Shown here: one piece after another, positions 9,883 to 17,333 of the stretch
Layout of the letters: every line of letters starts with the position of its first letter
Numbering within the stretch: the first letter of the stretch is position 1
Source of the DNA: Candidatus Kapaibacterium sp.
GTDB lineage: Bacteria; Bacteroidota; Ignavibacteria; Kapaibacteriales; Kapaibacteriaceae
Reading direction: 5' to 3'
Assembly (NCBI GenBank): GCA_044224925.1
Contig: JBGAJM010000001.1
Location: 113,021-177,020, forward strand
Length of the DNA stretch: 64,000 nucleotides
The notes under the pieces: model-generated
Databases searched by the model: none
What the model was told of the DNA's origin: nothing
The model's input: only the letters and a program-made list of their open reading frames with translations
Program-made: the position numbers and the translations under genes

Positions 9883-10968
9883 ATGAGTTCCAATGTTGAA
9901 TCAATCGTTGTAAGGCTACTCGAAGATATTGACACCAATTTTGGGTCAAGTCGCGAGGCGCTAGATTTACTCAAAGAGAATACTCTGCTTGATGACGAGG
10001 TGTTTCTGCTTGAGGCAGGTCTGCTTGTTAGGCGAATAATTCATGGTAACAAAAGTGAAGCTATTCGGGTAATAGAACATTCAAACATTGTTCAACAGAC
10101 AAGTAACATGTCGTTTGTGTATGGATGCTTACTGAAATATGAAAATGGCAAGACCGATTACGATGAGCTTCTGACCTTGCAAAGAAACCTGAGAAATCAG
10201 TCTGGTTTCACCCCAATTGAGCGACGATTGACGGTGATCGCTTATGTTCTGGCACTTTTAAGCCTACAATTGCCAATCGTTTGTGTCAACTATTTGAGAC
10301 GGAATGAGGTCGACTCAAGTTGCTGTGTAATCCGACTTCTCTCGTGCGAAGTGTATTTTCAACTGTCGGAGTACAGCGTCCTTTCCGAGGAGTTGAAAAC
10401 TTTGCAACCCGGAGTTGGGGCGGATTGGCAGGCCCGAATCGCTGAATTGGCACTTATTAGGAGTGGGAATCTGGAAGATGCTGTAGCAATGGTGTCAAGT
10501 AAAAGCGATACGGGGCTGCCATTGAACGATGACGTTCTAATTGAGTATTGTATCATAAGCTATCGTCAACATTACTTCAACCCAAGATTTGAAGCATTAG
10601 TTGAATCTAGCCCATATGTAAGTAAACATGCACTCCAACTTTACAAAGCGGTGTGCCAATTCACTCAAGGGAATGTGAAGGATGGTCTCAACATACTTCG
10701 GGAAGTACTTGCGAAAATTGACGACTATCTCGTTCAGACTATGTATTTCGAAAATAGCGCAAAGGTGAATGGAGCAACAGTGCTAGCACGCGAAATAGCG
10801 GATTATAAAGAGCTGTACGGAGAAGATGTTTTTTGGTTTGCCGTAGTATGCGCCATTGAATCGGCGCCTGGCACGCTTGTTAACCCCTTCCTTGAAGATC
10901 CAAGCCTTCCATACGATCAGACCGAGTTTTTCACATACTACAGTATCATTAGTCAGGCACTTGGCTGA
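9883..10968 (+). CDS. hypothetical protein (AT-rich island ORF, likely all-alpha)
   Basis: 361-aa ORF in a markedly AT-richer stretch. Codon usage differs from the flanking genes. No motif recognised. Confidence 0.5.
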   Translation: MSSNVESIVVRLLEDIDTNFGSSREALDLLKENTLLDDEVFLLEAGLLVRRIIHGNKSEAIRVIEHSNIVQQTSNMSFVYGCLLKYENGKTDYDELLTLQRNLRNQSGFTPIERRLTVIAYVLALLSLQLPIVCVNYLRRNEVDSSCCVIRLLSCEVYFQLSEYSVLSEELKTLQPGVGADWQARIAELALIRSGNLEDAVAMVSSKSDTGLPLNDDVLIEYCIISYRQHYFNPRFEALVESSPYVSKHALQLYKAVCQFTQGNVKDGLNILREVLAKIDDYLVQTMYFENSAKVNGATVLAREIADYKELYGEDVFWFAVVCAIESAPGTLVNPFLEDPSLPYDQTEFFTYYSIISQALG

Positions 10969-11172
10969 GTGGAGATACCGCCGAATGTGACCACGAGATT
11001 CCGCTACAATGATTCGATTTAGACAGCACTCACATGTCAAAGCAACTGCAATATAGATCACGGTTTAGCCAATCAAGAAACGACATCGAATGGCGGTCAA
11101 CAGCGTGCGGAAAGAAGTGGTCATGGTGCAGGAATCTCCAATGAGGCGGACTTTGTTGAAAGGAGAGTTGCC

Positions 11173-11733
11173 GTGAGTTCTAAACTGAGAATATTCGAGC
11201 CTATTGTTGCCGATGGATGCGAGATTTGCCATCCAATGGATTCTGATGATTTTAACGTTTTTGCCAGGTTGATCAATTGTGTGTCTAGAGTATCCACCTG
11301 GAGGCCCATTCCGATGAAACTAGTTTCTCAAGACGAGGGTGTTGAAGCTTCATACTCAGACTCCCCTTGGTTGGGGGAGCATACACTAATATTTAGGACC
11401 CCATTGAAAGAGGCTCTGGGTGCGCTATTGATGGCGAATGGTGAACTTCTCCCGTTAGTCTGTTCTGAAGCTGATCTCGTTGTTTTCAACGCTACGAGAA
11501 TGATCGACGCACTCAATGAAGAAGAATCAACTTTGTCGCGATTTAGTGGAGGACAGATCTACTGGATCAAGCGCTATGTGTTTCGTCCGGACGTAGTCGA
11601 CGGTGTTGACATATTCAAGATACCCAACCTTACTGTTAGCCCCACGTTTGTAAGCGAACGATTTGTGGATACTTGGAATGCTTGTGGACTCGTTGGCCTT
11701 GACTTTCTACCTGTTTGGGAACCGCGTGGTTGA
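11173..11733 (+). CDS. putative polymorphic-toxin immunity protein (DUF1629 / Imm11-like)
   Basis: 186-aa ORF. The C-terminal segment IFKIPNLTVSPTFVSERFVDTWNACGLVGLDFLPVW resembles, from memory, the conserved C-terminus of DUF1629/Imm11 immunity proteins. It lies in the AT-rich island. Confidence 0.45.
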   Translation: MSSKLRIFEPIVADGCEICHPMDSDDFNVFARLINCVSRVSTWRPIPMKLVSQDEGVEASYSDSPWLGEHTLIFRTPLKEALGALLMANGELLPLVCSEADLVVFNATRMIDALNEEESTLSRFSGGQIYWIKRYVFRPDVVDGVDIFKIPNLTVSPTFVSERFVDTWNACGLVGLDFLPVWEPRG

Positions 11734-11920
11734 TCGATAGCCATTGCGGCAAGCAGGATTGTTCAGAAACTGTCAATGATCCAAAGATTCCCGATACTCA
11801 TGAAAGCACCACCATCACGTGATCAATCGAGGGCCTTTTGCCATGTAAACCTCCATCCGTAATATGAGAAATGAAGGCCATTGGATTGAAAATCAAACGG
11901 CGGAAATAACAAGGTGACTA

Positions 11921-12193
11921 ATGAGGAATACCCAACGAAGTGTCAGAGTTGAGTTTGTTGGAGACATCAATACTGAGTATCCATATCTGGAGGTCTTTTT
12001 GAATGAAGGTGTTGGGCCTTTTATAGAGATAGGTGTATCACCAAGTAAGGAATTGTATTTCAAGTATTGGGCCACTGACGAGGAGATTGTGCTATGTGCG
12101 GATGATATTGAGTATTTGTTATCTGAAGCAAGGGACTTTTTACCCTATGTCCTCAAGAATGAGGAGGATAATCGCCGTCACTATGGGTTGTGA
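11921..12193 (+). CDS. small hypothetical protein (island ORF, 90 aa)
   Basis: ORF with island-typical composition, on the same strand as its neighbours. No recognisable motif. Confidence 0.35.
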   Translation: MRNTQRSVRVEFVGDINTEYPYLEVFLNEGVGPFIEIGVSPSKELYFKYWATDEEIVLCADDIEYLLSEARDFLPYVLKNEEDNRRHYGL

Positions 12194-12335
12194 CTAGAGC
12201 CTCCGTACACGAAGATCAGCTCAATCCATGGGCAGTTGGCAAAGAGTGATGTAGGGTGCGATACTTCCTAGCTCATTGCTAGATTGCATTTGACTGAACG
12301 TCGAAGCGCAGTACTATATATTCACAGTGGTGTGA

Positions 12336-12938
12336 ATGTTAGTGCGCACACGACACGAAATCGACAATATCGGCTCGCCCGTCATAATAGTGAGAAAGAG
12401 AAACATGGATCAGTTAATTGACATAATGACCGACGTCGATCACTTACTGACTCGGCACGATTTTCAATTGCAAGAGCGATCGGACTTCCTCCTTTCGTAT
12501 GTCAAGAACAATTTGGAAATACGAATTGGTCACAATGTACGAGAGAACTCAAACATCTTTTTCTATGGTGTGCAAGGCTGCACTGCATTTGAGATCACTG
12601 ATCGACTCATTAAAGAGTGCTTTAAATCTGATGTTAGAGTTAATGATCTCACCCTGCCAAAGTTTGCTGAGAATTTGTATGTGTTGTTAAGTGGTGCAGG
12701 AAAAGTGCTCTTGGATGGTGATATAGACACTGTTCTTGGACTTTTACAATATCAAAGGCGAATAGCGACCGAGTACAGCAATGAGTTACTTCATCTTCAA
12801 TACGACCGTATTGTAGAGGAAGCATGGAGGGCAAGGGAGTATCAGAAAGTCATTGAGTATTTGTTGAAAATAGGCGAAGTCAATATGACAAGATCACAGG
12901 GGCTAAAGTTAGAAATAGCCAGACGCAGGGTCGAGTGA
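12336..12938 (+). CDS. hypothetical protein (island ORF, possible immunity-type protein)
   Basis: 200-aa ORF in the AT-rich island. An alternative start at the internal Met (MDQLIDIM) at about 12405 is possible. Confidence 0.45.
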   Translation: MLVRTRHEIDNIGSPVIIVRKRNMDQLIDIMTDVDHLLTRHDFQLQERSDFLLSYVKNNLEIRIGHNVRENSNIFFYGVQGCTAFEITDRLIKECFKSDVRVNDLTLPKFAENLYVLLSGAGKVLLDGDIDTVLGLLQYQRRIATEYSNELLHLQYDRIVEEAWRAREYQKVIEYLLKIGEVNMTRSQGLKLEIARRRVE

Positions 12939-13232
12939 AGCATCGTTTGCAAAGTGATCGTGTGCGACCGTATACGCCATCAGCCAAGATAGGACACACA
13001 AGAGAGCTCATGTTGAGTGAATTATGCCATCTCAGCATCGCATACGAATTCATCGCACTTCGTCAGAGAGTGCTCGTAAAGGCGTATGAAAGGCACGTTG
13101 CTCACGATAGGAGTCGACATCAACAAGACGGAGAATGGTCAAATGTTGTCGTAAATTCATGAGCACTACGCTTCCAGTGATCGTTGGCAGGTTCCGATCT
13201 CACTCGGTGTTTAGTCGAATATCACCACTTCT

Positions 13233-13499
13233 TTGGGTTACAGACTATCTGAACCAAAGTCTTTACTCACCGACAACTATATTGCCGGGAATTCAATGTG
13301 CTTTAAACAAATGTTGGCAATCGGACAAATGCAGTCAGATTATAGTCTGCGTAATCCGCCTGGAACGGTTTGGCACCACCCAGGCGACAATCCTGATGTG
13401 ATGCGTCTTTTGCGAGTGGAAGAGCTTGCCAACCTACATATACAACCGGTGCTTCATCCGAACGGCGCCGGTGGATACAGGAAAATCTATGTCCCCTGA
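13233..13499 (+). CDS. orphan polymorphic-toxin C-terminal module: WHH-type HNH/EndoVII-fold nuclease domain (no N-terminal delivery region)
   Basis: 88-aa ORF with a TTG start. It contains GTVWHHPGDNPDVMRLLRVEELANLHIQPVLHPNGAGG, which gives a WHH motif followed by Asn/His residues consistent with a beta-beta-alpha-Me fold. The frame opens only about 18 nt upstream (stop at 13212-13214). Its stop TGA at 13497-13499 overlaps the ATG at 13489 of the next gene. Confidence 0.5.
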   Translation: MGYRLSEPKSLLTDNYIAGNSMCFKQMLAIGQMQSDYSLRNPPGTVWHHPGDNPDVMRLLRVEELANLHIQPVLHPNGAGGYRKIYVP

Positions 13500-14112
13500 T
13501 CTCATTCGCAAGCAGTCAATTGAGACGGCATCGCGTCTCGGTTATTCAACTAACCACGCGTTGCCGCTCTTAGACGATGTTCAAAACTTGAGAACGATTG
13601 ATGAATCCGTCAACCGCCTCCTGTGCCTGAATGCAGTGGCTGCATGCGCGTACGGCTTCGATAGGCACAAGGCCGTGGAATGGCTGCGGCAGGAAGGCGT
13701 ATTTGATGAACTGGCGACATCAGAACGTCGGTTTATTGAGAACAGTGACGGTGATCCCATTCGCTTTCAAGTTCAGGTCGAAGGGTTATGGGCATTAGCG
13801 TGGGCACTTGGTATTGTGCCTCAACTTGACTTCGGGGAGTACTGTGACGACAATTTCGTCATCCTGATGCCGAATATAAGAAGCGGAGAAACAAGCGACG
13901 TCCTACGCTCGAAGATCAATCCTCGCACAACCGTCGAAGTCCTTGCGGCCTGTGATCTTGCGTATTGTCTTCATTGGGCGGCCAGAGAGGCTCTACTAAC
14001 CGGAGGCAAACTGCCTGGAGATGTGCAACTGTACGTCATCGAAGAAAGAAGGCGCATGCTAGAATGGTTAATTGGTGAAGAGGAATGGGATGAAGTAACA
14101 CTCGATACATAG
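13489..14112 (+). CDS. putative cognate immunity protein for the WHH toxin module
   Basis: ATG at 13489 overlaps the toxin stop (ATGTCCCCTGA). 207 aa. The track ORF starts earlier, at a TTG at 13426. No family assigned. Confidence 0.5.
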   Translation: MSPDLIRKQSIETASRLGYSTNHALPLLDDVQNLRTIDESVNRLLCLNAVAACAYGFDRHKAVEWLRQEGVFDELATSERRFIENSDGDPIRFQVQVEGLWALAWALGIVPQLDFGEYCDDNFVILMPNIRSGETSDVLRSKINPRTTVEVLAACDLAYCLHWAAREALLTGGKLPGDVQLYVIEERRRMLEWLIGEEEWDEVTLDT

Positions 14113-14488
14113 TCTGACGTTGCAATGTGCAGCGACGTCGAGCCGCTATTGTGTGAGGCAATGTCATTTAACTTAGACAACTGTCGATACGTCATTCAGT
14201 TAAGTGTCGCCACTTTCATTTATGCGCACAGGTAAGTCTCCAGGCCGGTCGCCCTCCATGGTAACTATGGATTGAATGAGATAGGGCAAAGGTCGATAGA
14301 TTGGCCAACACACTTCACCACGTAACACTTCGCCACGTGATGCATCGTGTAATTCTTCAATGCGCATTTCTAGATTTCATCTGCCTGGACGTTGATATGC
14401 AGTACTACGTGGTCATTGTGAGGCGGAAGATCGTTGGCATATGACGCAGAGTCGAGCTACTAGAACCCGAACAAAGAGGAAAAGACTG

Positions 14489-14995
14489 ATGAACAGAATG
14501 ATGAACAAGATGTTGTTCGTTCTCACAATTGCGGCTTTCTTCCCTCGAGAAGTAGAAACCTGCTCTTGTGTCGGTGGTGTGCCAAATATATCTAGATCGC
14601 TGAGCAACTTTGAAACAGCATTCATCGGAGTATGCCGTTCTTCAGAGGTGGATACCTTGATCACTTACATTCGAAAACCATTTCGCGATACGATCAAAAG
14701 CGTCGTGTCAACCTCACAGTTTGTCGTTAAGTATGGACTCAAGAATAGTCGGAGAATGGACAACATCACCGTCAGGTCACCGATTGAGAGTAATGCATGT
14801 GGCGTGCACTTTACGGTCGGTGGGTCGTACATTGTTTTCGGTGACGATACAAGGAGTCGCATGCGATATAGCCTGAATGACACAACCGTATTCGTTCTAG
14901 AGGTCAGCAAGTGCAGTGCGACTCAAGTCACCACGAAATCAGCGGTTGATACGTTGCGGAGGCTCACGGGAATGAAGATTGCATTTCCGAAATGA
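14489..14995 (+). CDS. hypothetical secreted protein (signal peptide MNRMMNKMLFVLTIAAFF)
   Basis: ORF 14441-14995, with a hydrophobic signal-like segment after the internal Met at 14489. Last ORF of the island before the tRNA-Lys terminator. Confidence 0.45.
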   Translation: MNRMMNKMLFVLTIAAFFPREVETCSCVGGVPNISRSLSNFETAFIGVCRSSEVDTLITYIRKPFRDTIKSVVSTSQFVVKYGLKNSRRMDNITVRSPIESNACGVHFTVGGSYIVFGDDTRSRMRYSLNDTTVFVLEVSKCSATQVTTKSAVDTLRRLTGMKIAFPK

Positions 14996-15236
14996 CATCA
15001 GATGAAGGTCTCTTCTTTTGTTGATGGCAAAGACCATCTCGGCCAACGAACCATCAGTCGAACTTTGTATTGTAGTATAGGGAGCAAACCCAAGACGAGG
15101 AAGTGATCGATAAGATCGAGCACATTGATTGGTGTGTGACATCTCGCATGTTCGTTGTTTCGCGCGTTCCTTCCAGAGTGACATGCAAACGGACTCTACG
15201 AAGTCAGGCCGTATTCGGAAGGTGCAGCGACAACGC

Positions 15237-15272
15237 AAAAAGCCGCACCAACAATGTTGATGCGGCTTTTCT
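15237..15272. terminator. bidirectional rho-independent terminator hairpin (AAAAA-GCCGCA-loop-TGCGGC-TTTT)
   Basis: A perfect 6-bp GC-rich stem flanked by an A-run upstream and a T-run downstream. It lies directly 3' of tRNA-Lys on the minus strand, and the + strand ORF 14441..14995 (last island ORF) ends about 240 nt upstream of it. Confidence 0.6.
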
Positions 15273-15275
15273 CTG

Positions 15276-15348
15276 TGACCCCGTTGGGACTCGAACCCAA
15301 GACCCTTTGATTAAAAGTCAAATGCTCTACCAGCTGAGCTACGGGATC
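15276..15348 (-). tRNA. tRNA-Lys (anticodon UUU)
   Basis: The reverse complement GATCCCGTAGCTCAGCTGGTAGAGCATTTGACTTTTAATCAAAGGGTCTTGGGTTCGAGTCCCAACGGGGTCA folds as a cloverleaf: 7-bp acceptor stem, D-loop AGCTGGTA, anticodon stem TTTGA/TCAAA with loop CTTTTAA, T-loop TTCGAGT. It closely resembles canonical bacterial tRNA-Lys. CCA is not encoded. Confidence 0.85.
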
Positions 15349-15392
15349 ATCCTTGTCAAAAAACAAGACTGCAAAGATACGAACATTGACCC

Positions 15393-17306
15393 TTAGCGCA
15401 GGGCGTGACGCATCACACTGTCGCTGAGGAAGTCCTTCGTGACGGCGGCGATGCCGGCGGCATCGAGTTGCAGGTCTGCATGGAGCTCTTCTTGTGTGCC
15501 GTGCTCGACGAAGACATCGGGGATGCCGTGAATGCGGAGATCGCAAGCGTGGTCGTGTCCTTGCGCGAGATGCTCGGCAACGGCAGAGCCGAAGCCGGCC
15601 TCGATCTGTCCGTCTTCGACGGTGATGATGCGACCGATGCGACGTGCCACATCGTCGATCATGGCTGTGTCCAGCGGCTTGACAAAACGTGCATTGATGA
15701 CCTCTGCCTTGATCCCTTCCGCCTCCAACAACTCCGCCGCCTTCATGGCATGCGAGACCATCTTACCGATGGCCACGATGGCAACATCGGTGCCGCTGCG
15801 AAGCGTCTCGCTCTTGCCGATCTCGACGGGTTGCATGGGACGCATGGGAATGCCCACGCCATTCCCGCGTGGATAGCGGATGGCAATGGGTCCGGCCGTA
15901 TACGAATACACGGCCGTGTAGAGCATGTCGCGCAGTTCCTGCTCATCCTTTGGTGCCATCACCACCATGCCCTGAATGGTGCGCAGGTAGCCGAGGTCGA
16001 GGACGCCGTGGTGAGTGGGACCGTCAGCGCCGACAAGACCCGATCGATCGAGCGCGAACACCACATGTAGGTGCTGAATGGCACAGTCGTGCACGATGTG
16101 ATCATAGGCACGTTGCAGGAAGGAACTGTAGATGGCCACCACGGGAACGATGCCCTGTGTGGCCAGACCGGCGGCGAAGGTGACGCCATGCCCTTCGGCA
16201 ATGCCCACGTCGTAGACCTTGTCCGGGAAATGCTTCTGCAGAATGTCGAGTCCCGTTCCATCCGGCATTGCCGCCGTGATGCCCACGACCTTCTTGTTCG
16301 TGGAACAGATCTCCACCATGGCCTCGCCGAACACCTTCTGATACGTGGGTGGCGGTGCAACGGCCGGTGGCTTGCTCAGGGACTTGCCCGTGATCTTGTC
16401 CACCTTGCCGATGGCGTGGAGGAATTGACTGTCTCGCTCGGCCGGACCGTAGCCCTTGCCCTTTTGCGTGATGGTGTGCAGGAGAATGGGACCCTTCATC
16501 TCGCGAATGCCTTGCAGCATCTTGACGAGCTGATTGATGTTGTGTCCGTTCACCGGACCGAAGTAGCGGAAGCCCAAGGCCTCGAACATCATGCCCGGCG
16601 TGATCACGGCCTTCACACCGCTTTCCATGCGATGAGCAATGCCGCGAATGCGATCGCCAAGGTTGTCCATCTTGTCGGTGACGCCAAGGATGCTTTCGCG
16701 CAGACGTCGACCGGTGGGTGAGGCGAAGATCTCGCTGAAGTAGTTCGACAAGGCCCATACGTTGGGTGCGATGGACATGTTATTGTCGTTGAGTACGACG
16801 AGGATGTCGCTCTTCAACACACCGCAATTGTTCATGGCCTCATACGCAAGACCACCCGTCATGGCACCATCGCCGATGACGGCCACTACCTTGTAGTTCT
16901 CCTTGAGCTGATCGCGTGCGGCGGCCATCCCAAGGGCGGCACTGATGGATGTGCTGGCATGTCCTGCACCGAAGGCATCGTAATCGCTTTCGGTGATCTT
17001 GAGAAAGCCGGAGAGGCCGTTCTTTTGACGGATGGACGGGAGCTGATCGCGCCGACCCGTGAGGATCTTGTGCGGATAGGCCTGATGCCCTGTGTCGAAC
17101 ACGATCTTGTCGTGCGGCGTGTTGTACACGTAGTGCAATGCCGTGGTGAGCTCGACCGTACCGAGGCCCGCTCCGAAGTGTCCGCCAACCTTGGTGATCG
17201 TGTCCACCAAGCATTCCCGTACTTCATTGGCCACATCACGCAATGCCGTTTCCGGTAAGGCGCGAAGGGCGGCAGGGGAATCGATGAGATCGAGATACCT
17301 ATACAC
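15393..17306 (-). CDS. dxs: 1-deoxy-D-xylulose-5-phosphate synthase
   Basis: 637 aa with the characteristic DXS N-terminus (DLIDSPAALRALPETALRDVANEVRE...GGHFGAGLGTVELT, DKIVFDTGHQAYPHKILTGRR), a TPP-binding region and a transketolase-like C-terminal domain. Confidence 0.9.
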   Translation of the reverse strand: MYRYLDLIDSPAALRALPETALRDVANEVRECLVDTITKVGGHFGAGLGTVELTTALHYVYNTPHDKIVFDTGHQAYPHKILTGRRDQLPSIRQKNGLSGFLKITESDYDAFGAGHASTSISAALGMAAARDQLKENYKVVAVIGDGAMTGGLAYEAMNNCGVLKSDILVVLNDNNMSIAPNVWALSNYFSEIFASPTGRRLRESILGVTDKMDNLGDRIRGIAHRMESGVKAVITPGMMFEALGFRYFGPVNGHNINQLVKMLQGIREMKGPILLHTITQKGKGYGPAERDSQFLHAIGKVDKITGKSLSKPPAVAPPPTYQKVFGEAMVEICSTNKKVVGITAAMPDGTGLDILQKHFPDKVYDVGIAEGHGVTFAAGLATQGIVPVVAIYSSFLQRAYDHIVHDCAIQHLHVVFALDRSGLVGADGPTHHGVLDLGYLRTIQGMVVMAPKDEQELRDMLYTAVYSYTAGPIAIRYPRGNGVGIPMRPMQPVEIGKSETLRSGTDVAIVAIGKMVSHAMKAAELLEAEGIKAEVINARFVKPLDTAMIDDVARRIGRIITVEDGQIEAGFGSAVAEHLAQGHDHACDLRIHGIPDVFVEHGTQEELHADLQLDAAGIAAVTKDFLSDSVMRHALR

Positions 17307-17333
17307 GTGAGGTCCGTAGGAAGTGCAGAGAGA

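Noticed and set aside
15103-15396. 97-aa plus-strand ORF overlapping tRNA-Lys
   Set aside because: It runs straight through the tRNA gene and terminator. It has no RBS context and no conservation signal.
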